From Tubiluchus corallicola (Eukaryota; Animalia; Priapulida), in the NCBI GenBank assembly GCA_030141605.1, contig JAQGDQ010000053.1:1-64000 (forward strand): 64,000 nt of DNA, in the 5' to 3' direction. The position numbers and the translations under genes are program-made. The notes beneath the pieces are model-generated. The model ran no database searches. It was not told the DNA's origin and was given only the letters and a program-made list of their open reading frames with translations. Below, piece after piece: positions 1-14,099 of the stretch (positions are counted from its first letter, which is position 1; each line of letters opens with the position of its first letter).

Positions 1-1492
1 GACAGAGTTGAATGGTCAGGTTTATGAATGCATGGGTTCAATTCTCATCCAGTCTAAGAAGCTTCATTCGAAAAACTGAACCTGAGTAGTTTAATTCGTT
101 AATGCAGGACGCATTCGTACCCAAATGTGGCTAAGATATCTGTGCCAATTTGGTGTCTTTGGCTGTGATAATGAACCGCTTAGAACCAGTGTCTGGTCTC
201 GCCATAATTATCAACATCAAGTAGCTTATGCGACTAAGTGCTGAATTCCGTAAAAAGTATTGAAGTGTGAAAAAATTTGCTGATGGATGCATTTTTATTG
301 GCATGTTTGTGTGCCATTATGATTTGCATATTTGCACGCAATGTCACCGTATCAGTGTCCAGTGTACTTTGCGTGCGCATACATGCAGTTAAATGCGTAT
401 GTAAATAGGCCTACGTTGTGGCGAAAGTTATTGAATATTTGTGTTAGCGTATGCACAATATAAATTTTACGCAAAAGAAACAAAAGTTTTTAAATGAAAG
501 AAAGCACGTATTATTATGAATAACAATGAATAAATACCCTGTTGGCTTGGCGAGCGTTATGTTCACGGGGAGTGAACGGAACAGCAGGATGGTTAGTCTT
601 ATTTGACTCTTTACTCACTCCCCCGAAGTAACTGGGCACGGTGTATTGCGCTGGCCCTGCAAATAAAATTGTTTAAAATCTCTGAAATGCAAGATGAATC
701 AATTTTAGCATATTTTATTTTATTTTATTTTAACATATATAGCGTTCATTAGTCGCGTTCTAATAAATCTCATCACGTTAAAATTTATACATGTAGCCAG
801 TTGATCATTTAGTTCCACTGCGCCACAAAGTAAGGCACTAGCATACATTTCAGTCAGCCAGTCAATTTGTTAGTTAGTCATTCAACCTATCTTGGTCAAT
901 TACTGTCTTACTAGTTAAAGTGACTAAGACCTTTATTAATATAAGAGCACATAAGGAATAAATCATATTTGAATAAGTCACATAATTATGGTCACAAAAG
1001 TCCTTCCATCTCTTAAATCGGCAGAAATACTACATCCACATAAAACATGTTGCTCACTTTATAGGACTCTGGTCGCATGAGCAAAGACGCATTCTCTGGG
1101 CTTTGTAGCCAGTCTCACTTAATAAGTTATGTGACGATTAATCTATAGACCTCCTAAAACTATCCTATGCTTTTCAGGTATACCTGCATAATGACTAGTG
1201 TGAATGGAGCTTATGGTTAAATTCAGTTTTAAATTTTATTGATCTATAAATACAGAACTTGGAGCTCATAGCACCCCTAATATACTTCAGTCTGTGGTGT
1301 TTGTCATCATTACTGACTTGCATTCATTACATCCTTAAAAAGGAGGCATCTGAGTGACGAGCTAAAATGAATAAAATTACTTAAAACAGTTCACTTGTTA
1401 GTGAGACTATCACGAGATGTGGGGAATATCACTCTATCAATTATCATCATGAGACCGTGCAAATTACACAGAAAACCATCATCCGATAGCTC

Positions 1493-1770
1493 TTAAAACG
1501 CACGAATCAGAGGATTAATAAACAACACGAAAAAAAGCAACTGCTTTACACGTATAGGTAACATAACCTGAATTGCCTTGACCACTCGAGTGCCACAAGC
1601 AAGGCTAACAAGTTTATTATCAATAAAAGTAACAATGTCAGTTGTTAAAAGTTTGATTATTGCTGGCAAGAGTCCATCACAGTCGGGAGCTTTGCTGCCA
1701 TCCAAAGCCGAAATGGTTTCATTAACCTTTTGCAAGGAAGTGCCATTGTCGATGGATGGGCACTGACATA
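1493..1770 (-). mobile_element. Short decayed LINE RT fragment, similar region to 24.8 kb
   Basis: CPSIDNGTSLQKVNETISALDGSKAPDCDGLLPAIIKLL resembles the KAPGxDG motif preceding non-LTR RT. Confidence 0.55.
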
Positions 1771-1900
1771 ACCAACCAATCAACCAACCGACCAACCAAC
1801 CGAACAAACAAACAAACAGCCAACCAACAAACCAACCAACCAATCAATCAATCAACCGGCTAGCCAATCAACCAACCAACCGACTAAACGACCAATTATA
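1770..1900 (+). repeat. (AACC)n/(AATC)n microsatellite
   Basis: Seen directly. Confidence 0.9.
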
Positions 1901-4900
1901 CCACCAACTACTAAATAAACAAACTATTCCAGTCAATCAAATCCACATCAAGCAACTAGAAACTTCATTGATTAACAGTAAAGCTTAACTAATAACCAGT
2001 TATGTGGCAAAAAAATCGATGACAACAGCTGCGCGCCGCACTCCGTATTTTTCTCAGTAAAAATACACAGTCATAGTCTTACTGTAGGTTTTTAAAAAAG
2101 ACTCCATATCTTGCACCCATTTATAAATTTTTTCAAAGAGTTACAGAAATCCATTAAAAACCCTCATAAAACCACAAAGCCGAAGATCACACAAGATGAG
2201 CATTACTTTTATAAATAGCACACAGGCGGATTATTATAGACTGTAGGTTATCGTTTTTAAATACAGTACTATTAAATTAATTACATGTGCTAAGGAAATG
2301 GTGAATCACCGTTCCTCGTCGATCTATATGAAACAAAATTTCACGTTTATTGAAAAAAACGCTGTTGAGAAAATAATGTAACTTTTGATAACTGTCATGG
2401 TCGTATTATCATGATAGCTAGCTAGATAGAACTGAAGCAAGCAGAACATTGTAGCTATACCATACAGTCCATGCCCGTTGCTTCCCTATTTACAGCACCA
2501 CAAGAAATAACGCCAATCCATTGCAGCTGTCACTGCCTGTATAAAATTATTTAATCCATGAATAAAGAAAGTTTTATTCCAAATAAAAATTCGTGTGTGT
2601 AATGCGTAATGCAAAACGAGGAGGCAAGTGCCTGCGGTCATTATACGTATAGCATTTAATATTTGGACTTGTTTCAATGCAATGGGATTATTACTGTTAC
2701 TGGAAAAAGTACATTTATTTTTGAAAACTAAGGAAATCAGTAGGAGGAAAGAGGGTTCGTGCACTAGTCATGTCTAATGTGGACTGGACTGCGTGGCCCC
2801 TTTTCATTAGAAAGCAAATCAACCAAGGTGCTCAAATTGCAAGAAAAAAATCAATAAATGCTACAGAAACAAGTAAAAATTTCAAGCAAGGTCCAAAATC
2901 ATAGCCAAACGATTTTGAACCAACAGCTTAATAGCACGCGAATCATAATCACTCACGTAGAGACGCTTGTCATTCTTATAACGGGAATAAAAAGGGTTTA
3001 TATGCGATTGAGCCTTGCAGCACAGCTTGCAGAAATAAAAAAATCATAGATAGGCAAAAATTGTCTACGTGCAACTCAATATATGCAAAACTATAAAAGT
3101 TTTTTTTACTCGCACTTGCAGCATCATTAAAATGTTATTTAAGTTTTCCTATCGAACAACCGAGAAGTAATTTCCTACTAATGACATAGAGAAATCTCAA
3201 GGTTAAAAGGCGCAGGAAAATGAATGCTCAACAAAAGACTACTCTTTGTTGAGCCAACTTTTTACAAAACTGCAGAAACGCCCATGCAAATTGCAACTAC
3301 TAGCAGTACATATACTTAATACCTGACCTACATGCAACAATGCTCACATTTCAATGGCACATGATCGATCAGCAAATAAAATCAGATATGCGCCAGAGTA
3401 AATTCGAAGTGCATGTGACAAGCATACAGACTCAAACCTATCAACAGAGAGAATAAATAAATACCCCTCCCCCGGCATGGAAAACCTTATTTTGGAAATG
3501 TGAACCAGAAAGAAAAGTAACGAGCAGACAGGCACTGTTCAATAATAGCTTATATTGACAGGGCCTCGTGCACCGTTCCTTTTACAAGCTTCACTGTGAG
3601 TTTCGCTAGGTACCCGCAATACAAAAACACTATAGTTGTAGGCTGGTTATACCTCGAAAGAGCTTGACTTGTTTATCGTCCACTAGCTAGTCTGTAATCT
3701 ATACATAAACGCATTGGGACACTTCGTGATGCATCAGAAAATCAATTATACTGTACATGTACGTAGTAATATGTCATGACAGCAAAATCAATGCATACTC
3801 CATTTTTTATTACTATTAAATAGTCTTTCAGTAAATGTGTTAAATATGCGGAGATGGCATTGCAGCCAACCTTAGATTTACTGACGTTTACATAAAGTAC
3901 AAAAATACTACTACTGTACTAACAATAATGTTTATTTAAAGTTGGCATTTAGGATGAACAATTAAGATAAGCTCCAAAGAGCTTCTGGGAGACTGTAAAT
4001 AACAATCTACATGTACATAACAGAGACTATTGTTACACAACTTTTATCCTAAATACCACATACCAGACAGAATAACAGCAAGCACCATTTGTAAAGTCTT
4101 TGATATTAACCGGCCGCTGTATCGATCTCGCGAACTCCCCCTGACGGGAAAGCGGCGCGATACCACTAGACTAAACCGTCTGGTCAGTGAACTGAGGGAT
4201 AGTGATCCTAATATCCAACAATGATTACGTACATCAATTATTATGCGAATGGTTTTTACAACACAACCAGGCCAATAACAAAAATTCACTCTTATAATTG
4301 ACCAAGTAACAATGAAATGCACAATAGTAGGTAAAACTAAAACATAATTTTGCTTTGCCACTCATGGAAAGGATAGTGGGCCATTACATCGCCGCCAATG
4401 ACCCGCGGGTCACACGACTGCCAAACAAAGAACCACCAATCAAAGGCCCACTAGTCAAAGTACCACAATCACACTTTAAATATTGTCAAAAAAATCAACC
4501 AGTGGATGTGCTGACAGCAAGTGGTAGACAGTCAAAGGACCACCAGTCGAAGAACCACCTTCAACACGTCACAAGTGGCAAAGGACCACCTGTCATGGAG
4601 ATAGACTGAGAATACCTGGTCAAAAGACCACCAGTGAATGTTTTGACAGCAGCTTGAATGAAATTGCAACTTTTACTTACTGTTAACATTGTTAACAATG
4701 ACAACGGTCCTTTGTTCACGGTGGTCCTGTGACCAGTGGTCCTTTTTTACTTTTTTTAATTTAACTTTTTATTTCACACTCAAGGTGTATAGTATAACAC
4801 ATACGCAGACATGGCTCTTTGACCTACACCCGAAATGGATATCCCTTTTTCAGATACACGCGGCAATGATTCTGTAAGCAGCAAATAACGTGTAACTTTT

Positions 4901-7900
4901 GCAATTTATAAAAAACAAAACACGGCACTACAAAAGCAATTTTCGCCCAAGTTGTAATTTTCCACTACAGGTGCTCTGTACTATTTCTATGCTGAATCTT
5001 GTTACCATAGTGACACGGACACAAATAACACGTCTGGAAACATTAAAAGAGCTTCTGCAATCAGTATTAACGTGTACATACTCTTCATAGAGAGGACCTT
5101 TTAAATTATACATTCGAGAGATGTGCCCGCAAAAAAAGTGAGTTGCTCATTTAGCATGTTAACGAAAACATGCGAAGGAATAGATGGATTCAGTAGATCG
5201 AAAATGAAAAATTACTTTTTACGCTGATCATTTTTGACGAATGCTCACAGGGCACAACTTGTAAGAATGCAGCGCTTAATTGTCGCAACGACAATGCAAC
5301 GTTTTGATCATTCAATTGCAAAGTCATATATTTGAACGCGTGCAAAGCCAGCGCTCTTTAAAAAACGCTTCTACTGAAATGTCTTGATGTTAAAAAATCG
5401 AGTTTCCGTCTTTAAGAGCGCCTATGCTACAGTAAAGCTAGTGCATAAGTTTCGCAGGTAGCACTTACTCAGCTAGTTAGACGCCACTGTGTAGCAGTGC
5501 TGCAGTAATATTTCAGTCATTTTCAACCCGGCGAAATAGGTTACAGAAGTAGAAACTAACATGCCAAAATCCGTTACCCACATGCTTCAAGTCAAGTGCG
5601 ATGAACATGAACTCAGCTAAGAACCAAAGAAATGCACAATAGCCGGCACACAGTTAAAGGACAGGAAAAGGGGTACCTGAACAAGGTTTCAGAAAAATCG
5701 CCTTAAAAAATTATATTACTTTACAGCAATTTTATGAACATATCGTACTCGCGTTAAAAGGAATTTTTGTTTGTTTTCATTTTAAACCCCCCGCAATACT
5801 GGTTCGACGGCGCCATTACATAACGTCCCTAACGTCCCAAAAAACTTTCCATGCAAATCTATATTCCTTGGCATTTCGCTTACCTGCTGGAAAGACTTAT
5901 GTAACTAGAAATAATAATTTAAAATGTTCGTATCAATTGGTAAAATGTCACTGGCAAACCCTCCAGGGTGCGCCACTCACTAACCAAAAACGTATTTTTA
6001 AACTTATTAACAAGATACAGTAACTTAAAATTTTACTTAGTTAGTAACATGTGTGCAACGAATGCTTTGATTATTTTTTCAAACTATGTTATCTAACTTT
6101 TGTCAAACGACCTACCATTAAAATGGCTACGCCTAACGGTAATCGTGGGAGTTCAAATTTTCAAGTTTTATACAGCATTAGTGCCAACGTAAGCCCTGAG
6201 TGCAAAAAGGCAGTATGTAAGTGGAGGGTTTTCTTGTGCTTTAAGTTCACCTTGCACACGATAGAATGTTACAGACAGTGTATGCAAATGTCGTATTTTT
6301 ATATCTAAATATATGTACCTGATTTACAGTACCGATTCGATGTGTTTTCATAAGAACTTTATTTTAGCCGTAATAAGTGAGTTATCACACACTTTTACAT
6401 GTAACCAGTATTTAATAATTAATGTGCTGAACATTGGATTAAAGCAGACTTCTGTTGTCTGTATATATATAGCAGACCTTTTTTTCGCAACACCCAGTCT
6501 CATAATTCAGTGCATTTATGATACTCAAAATGTTTGAAACGCGTACTGCCATACATGGAATTTAGCCTCACGAATGAACTATGAAGTCTTATAATTCCAT
6601 TTTATTAATGACAGAACACACCTAGAAATATTATACACATTAGGTTAACTTGGCATTGGTCCGACTCATAATGGACCGGGACACTCCGTAACACTTAGAC
6701 TATGAAATTCACATTTGAATTTTTACAGCAATCTTATATCTACCATTAAGAATCTAATCTTGTGTCCTCAATTTCCTTTTGTTTAAAATTCTACTGCCTG
6801 TAGATTAGTTCTAAACAGGATGTGGAATATGCTAGAGCTTAAAAGTTATTCAAGTGACAACTGTACCAAGTTACAGTCTGTGCCACAATACTTAATTGTT
6901 TATGGTAGACAACTACATGTAGTTTCGTATAACTAATTTATTAGAGCAAACATGCCGCAAGCACTGCATTTATATAAAACTAATCAATGATCAAAGATAT
7001 TTTTCAACCCATATTGATTAATGAGTCACAGACTCGCAACCAAAAGCATAATATCGCGCGGGTCTCATACAGTACCAATTTATACTGACGACCTACATTC
7101 AGACAAGTCTGGTTGTGAGCCTTGCGCGCAAATCGTTGGTTGCATTTTACAAAAAGCCCGCAGTCTTGACGTGCATATATGCAGTACGGTTCAAGCAACA
7201 ACCTTGAGCTTCGTTTACGAAAAACTCCCGGTCAATATTAAAATCTAGGTCAATGTTGTAAGCCGATCCCCGCGCGAGCAATTTCATAAGCTTACGTAGT
7301 AATAGGTTACCCGAAAAGAGCTTAACTCTTATATTAATGTTCACTTGCAGAATCTCTTCCCGCTCACAGTTTTTCAGTTATGCTGAAAACAGCTAATATA
7401 ACTTCAGTTACTTAATAAGACATAGGATTCCATAATTATTATGGATTACATCAAAGTCATAATCAGATTCCAAATGCTGGCCGCAACAGGTGCTCAAGTG
7501 TTTTGTGGAACAGCAGGTTTACAACACTTGTTGCAAACCCATATTCTTATTTGCCTTTCTTACCTTCTTGCGTAAGTATGTAATGACTTTGAATTAGCGG
7601 CAAATTTGCGTTGATAAAAGTGTGTATAAACTATATCATTATGTGTTACGTTCGCCGTTATGGCATTTTGTTATGCTTAGTGTTTCTAAGTTACATTTCA
7701 TCTGCTCTTTTGCCACTGTGTATCAAGACCATAACTGCTACTGTTGTATATGTTGCAGTCTCTTTTGATATAAAACTCGCAGTCATGTACAGACAACACT
7801 TGAAAACATTATTACCAATTCCGTGAATATAGATGAAAAAAGCTGCGTCGTGAACACAATACCCAGGCCTGAGACCAAATGGTAAAAATGGACACAACAT

Positions 7901-10040
7901 CTTCTGAAGGACCTTGTATCAACTATGCATTAAAGGATCTTTGCAAATGATATTAAGTTTCAAATTTGAGTAAGTAAAAAAATAGCCACTCAAATGTGAA
8001 ACTTGATGCAACTTGCAAAGTGCTGATTTGAAAATAAAACTGGTTATAGACAATTAGACGTTACTAACATTGCAGAAGTTCAAAGTGCCAATCTGATATC
8101 ATATTGATTTTAATCAAGTGCACCTCAGGATAGTGTGTTCTGATCTCTGCTTCTTCTGAATAGTTCTCATCCATATTCACGAATTCACGATAACATGTGA
8201 TTTCAATGTTTGCATACAACACAAAATCTAAAAAGTCCTCTATCAAGTACAACAGTTGTTATGCAATCATGAAACAGTACATTCATGGTGTCAAAAATAG
8301 CAGATGAAATGTAACCACGAGATGCTAAGCATCAAGAGAATGCCATAGTGGCCAACACAACACACTTAAAGAATAACCTTTTATCAAAACAAATTTGCCC
8401 ATTACAAATGAGCAATTTCAAAACTGATAATAAGCATGAATGTAAAGAAAGAACCGGTGTTTGTTTATTGCAAGAACAATCCTATTGAACAATTACATGT
8501 ATACTAAACCTATTTTAGTGTACTTCCATTCGACTGCTAGTTTAATGGTCTGTTTACTTATTAATAATTTATAATTTGCCAAAGCAAAGGAAGTCTCCTT
8601 TAATTTTTCCAGTAAATTCACCTCAGGTATGCACATTTAGCTTATCTAATGATAATAATGTATTGATGGCCATCAATGAATCATCTTGGCTCATCTTGTT
8701 TAGTTATTTATGGCATGGGACTTCTTAAATTTGTACTTATTTAAGAAGACAACGTGACAATGAATTTTTCTTTGTACATATTATACAGAAACCAACTTTT
8801 ACTGGTGATGTAGATTTATTGTAGACTTAGTAGACTAGCACTTCTGAATTGGTGATGCTAGAATTTAAGGGAATAAAAATTTCTACTTGATTTCTGTAAA
8901 AGCAGTTTTCACAGGATGAAATGAACTTAAACACATTTTGATCATTTAAATCTGCCTCATGACTCACGGAATGCATATAACATGGGGCTGTTGCAAAGAA
9001 ATATAAACTTGGAAATCACGAAATTATTCAAAATACTTTCAACAGTCCGGTAGTCAAAGAAAGACAAAATATTTACTGTAGGACTATTACATCTTGTATA
9101 ATCAGTTCATATGTTACAGCGAAAAAATAATATCATATTTGCTTTAATGATTATAATGCGAGTCATTATCAACAATGTCCATCTGTGCTTGCTCAAGGAA
9201 GCTGGCTTAGTTTGCTTGTTTGCAAGTTTAGTGTAGAGTCACATAGTATCACCTTTCAATTGTATCACTCATTACTATTGTAATTTTACTTGCTATTGCA
9301 ATCTCAACTAGTCCAGATGTTTTTCTGAATTACAATTTAAAGAACCTTTAGGCCTGTAAAAAGTTTTTTATCAATTGAGGCCAAAAAAAATACTTCTGTT
9401 TCCATCTAATCACCTAGATAATTTTTTATCACACAGCTGGCCAGGAATTTTATAATTTTTTTATGCATTTATATACTTACCTGGCACAGACATATGAAAG
9501 CTCATTTTTTTAATTTAATACATAAAATGCAATAGTTATTATAACATTGTTATAACATTTGCAAAGCTTCAAAAATCCCTCCCTACTGACATTAATTGAG
9601 CTCATGAGATAGGGCAGAAACAAAACTTTTTATTAGTAATAAATACTGTTTAGGACATGTGATATAACCAAAAGAATACCCCCATGTAATGAGTTAAAAA
9701 AGACTGACTTGCAAGCATACTTCTGCAACACAAACTGGTACAACAGTTTTTCCCTAGACCCACATAAGTAACAAAAGAATTTTCACTTAACAAATTTTTC
9801 GAAACCATGAAAAAGTTCTAATAATTATCATACATTCTGTAGTTCCCAATAATAAAACTATGCACGAAAATTAGGTTGCGCTAGTTTCAAACATTTTCTG
9901 ATGCTGCTGAAAGCACAGACTGAGTTTAGCGTTTATCAAATTTCTTCAGCATTAAGTCTGAGAGAAACACACAGCAAAGGCTCGGCTAATTTATACTTAT
10001 AGCTGAATTGCTCCATATTACGATTACATGGTCTAGGTAC

Positions 10041-10195
10041 GTTTCCAGAAAAACGTTCTTCACAGAAAAAACATTTCCCAGAAAAAATTTGCCAGAAATT
10101 TTTTTCTCATTAAACATTTTTCTCAGAAAATATTTTTCGTAGAAAACTTGTTTCACAAAAAAGTATTTCCCAGAAATGTTTTTTAACAGAAATAT
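10041..10195 (+). repeat. Degenerate minisatellite (TTTCCCAGAAAAA-like unit)
   Basis: About 9 imperfect tandem units. Confidence 0.7.
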
Positions 10196-10887
10196 CATGG
10201 TTACATTTTTAATTCAAAGATCTGCTATTTTACTAGGATAAAGCCTTCAGTTTTTTTCAAAGCATAATGTTGATAAATAAATTTTAGACCTAATTCTGTT
10301 TTAGAGGTCAGTCTAGTTTTAAATTTGTTATAAAATGTTTTGCTTTGTCACAAATTTTGGTGTTAAATTAGAATCAATTTGCATTGTGTCATTTGTTGTA
10401 TTACCACAAGTTTAATTGATTTTTAAAGGATTTGAAATAAAGTTTAATAAAATGAAAACACCGAGCCTTCTGTTGAAGTCTAAATTGCCCAATAAATTAT
10501 GCTCCTTCAGAAGATTTTTTACAGGTTCTTTTATAACAGGATCGTATCCTAGTTTATTTTCAAAATAATCCTCTGAGATGAAAAGTTGAACAGACAGAGA
10601 TACAGTCACAATCTGACATGTAACTCCTCCCTATATCAGTGAAATAATTTGGCATAGCAGTGAAAGGAACTGCCTAAAGTGAGATTCCATAAGCAGTCAC
10701 ACAACTAATCAGTTGCCAGGCTCGACATTGCTTCACTTGTGAAAAAAAGAGAGAGAGAGAACGAGAGAAAGCGAGAGAATAGCTATTTTTCTTTCGACGG
10801 AGCCCCGCTCTAGCATTACTGACTGCAATACTTGTGCTCTGTAATTACCAAAGCTAAATATATTACTAAAATTTTTATGATACTCAC

Positions 10888-11153
<266 letters not shown>

Positions 11154-11879
11154 TTACATGCGTTTTGAAAAACGCTGTCTTGCCACTGCTGCCGTTACAC
11201 TCCCCCGAACGATTTCATAACAAAAGCAAGCACTAACGTCAAGTAGTCCGCATTTCGGCAGTAACAGCTAAATTAATGTAAATATAATTACTAAAATCAC
11301 TCGATAAAACAAGAATCCTACTATTAAAAAACCAGACCACTCCCTATTGAAACAAAAAACTGGTTCTGTGGGGCTTACGGGAGGCCATTCCAATCAGATT
11401 TTTTCTCAGCTGCGCTCTTCGACCTACTTTGCTTTAGATCAATTTAACTGGCTTTTATTGTCCAGTCACGTTCTTCATTATATCTATGGTCACATAAAAG
11501 ATTCAATCGACCGCATGAAAACGAAGAACTCATGCACGTTACACAATAAACTGAGGAAGTACAATAATTACTAAAATTGCTAGTACAGCACTATATATAG
11601 ACATTTTTAATAAAATGTGTACACGTCTTTACTCATGCTAGTGCTCTGCTCAAGGGCTACAACAACAACAACAACAACAACTACTACTACTGCTGCTCCA
11701 TAGTAGACAACGGTGAAATATACTAACTTGAAATCAATTAAGTTATATTTACAGCAAACCACGTGGAGACACTGCTCATGAGTTCCCCCTTTGACTGCTG
11801 TGTAAAGGTTAAGGGCTGTGGCACTTGTGAATTTAGTCTGACTTATCTGCATGGAGACATTACTCATAAGTGTTTCTTT

Positions 11880-13160
11880 TGATTGTTACATGTTCTTGTG
11901 TGCTTTCTCCTCGCAAGTTCCTACTCGTGCATTGCTGCTCGTGAGTTGTCCTTGTGAGCACTTGAGTCAATGAGCCATTTCTGCTTGCAAATATGCTCTA
12001 CACGAATTATGGCCCTTTCTGATAATGAGTCAACGCTACTTTTCAGTGAATCCTGAGTTACTGTTGGCTGTGAACTGATGTTGCACGTGATGCCAGAACT
12101 GTGTGAGGCATTCTGCGCAGGTGCTCGTGAGTCAATTCTACTCCCAAGTTTTTGCTACTCGTGAATTTATTACTGTTCATGACTCTCTGTTACTCAAGAG
12201 GCAATTCGGCTTGCAAGCATGAGTTCATTCATCATGGTCCTTCTTGTGAGTTACTGCCACTCACGAGCCATTGCTGCTCATGAATTGCTGTTCTCACATC
12301 ATGGTCTTAATAAATTTTGTCTTATTTTGTCGTGGTCCACTTACACAAAAATAAACAAAAAATTTTCAATGCTGAAAAATCTCAAACTTATGAATTATAA
12401 AATATACAATAAAACAAATTAGAGCAGTGATAAACAAACAAATTGATAAGTAAATAAGTTCAATTAAAACACAATATCACAACATACGTCATTTTAATAA
12501 ACAGAAAATCTTCATTTTTATACTGAATTTACCACGATTTAGTAGCTGAACAACAAGCAAATAAGACTCCTTCATAAGGAAGCAATAAATTTACCTATAA
12601 AAACACTAATGATAATTACTGCCATTAGCATTTCAATGGAGACCATTTCACGGGCAATTAAACCCAAGGCAATTAATACTCAGGCGTCACCTTTTTTAAT
12701 TGTGAGTGGAGCCAGCAGCATTAACTCAGATGCATTCATCATTCAAGAACAACTTTAATTCCCAGATTAACGCCAGGACTGCAGAGCGGCCATCACTTCC
12801 CAGCAATTAAAAACAGCATAGCAATACCTCTGAAGCAGCTGTGACCCCCAACAGTCACATTGACTCTGGAGTAGCAGTAACTCAGGAGCAGCAAAGACTC
12901 CAAGAGTCGCTTTGGCTTCCAAGCAATAATAACTGTAGAGCAGCAATAACTCCAGAACAGCATTGATTCCAGGAATCATTCTGACTATGGAGCAATACTA
13001 ACTGCAGAGCAGCAAATCAAGAAGTCACATGAACCTCGGAGCAACATCGACTCTAAAGCAGTGATAAGCTGACAGCTCAGAAAAGCAAGAACAACTCTAC
13101 AGCCACATCATCATTTAAGCAACAATTACTCTGAAGCAATGGTCACTCATGAGTAGCATT
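11880..13160. repeat. Two oppositely oriented arrays of a degenerate ~14-bp unit (foldback-like)
   Basis: 11880-12300 repeats TTGCTGCTC(A/G)TGAG; 12640-13160 repeats the reverse complement CTC(A/C)..AGCAGCAA; AT-rich spacer between. Confidence 0.55.
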
Positions 13161-13277
13161 CCTATGACTGTAAGTCAAACAGAGGAGAGGGCTTGTGAAT
13201 AGTCGAATACAGAAGCCCACGTCCACAAGTGTCACCATGTGGACCAATCACAGAAGACATACAAGTACGAGACATAC

Positions 13278-13439
<162 letters not shown>

Positions 13440-14099
13440 GCATTTAATCGTACAGTTTCTTGTTCTGCTAATAACTGTAAGTATTGTATTCGCTGTTTAA
13501 CTTGCCTTTCAACTTTGTTGCAACACAATTTGAGATGACTTGTACAGTCTTGCTTAGAGTTACTCAATTTATTTTTGCATTGTAATTCGTTACAGTAAAA
13601 TACATGATTAAAATTGTATTTATGAGTCATAGTACTGCATGTTGCAGTCTAGCTTACTCTAAACATAGCTTAATTATGCAGAATTATCTCAAGGCATTCT
13701 GCTCCAGAGCAGCCCTGCAATAAATGTAGAATGGTGGACCCTAGACGCGTCAATGGGTACTCGTCTCATGCTGAGCACTTCGCTGCATGATTAAACTCCT
13801 GTTAAGTTAGCTTGCAGTCACCTCTTGTGACAGTCTTGGTTGTAAATTGTAAGCTATGTATATAAAATGGCTATTCGTCCAATTACTGATGGTTAGCAAG
13901 AAGTGACAGGGCTGCTCATCACACTTTTGCCCTTTTAATTTCTCACCTGTCCTCAGGCGAGGTAGTTGCTGGCATTGCTTTTAGATTTGGTCTGTGGTGT
14001 GCAAAATCATTAACTAGTTACTTGAAATTAAAAATTGCCACTATAGTTAAAAAGAATTCTGCAGAAAATTCAATAAAAAAATTCCGCAGCTACTCAGGA

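Noticed and set aside
1-200. tRNA-like B-box (GGGTTCAATTCTC) at the window start
   Set aside because: No cloverleaf visible and truncated by the window edge; at most a SINE head, too weak to call.
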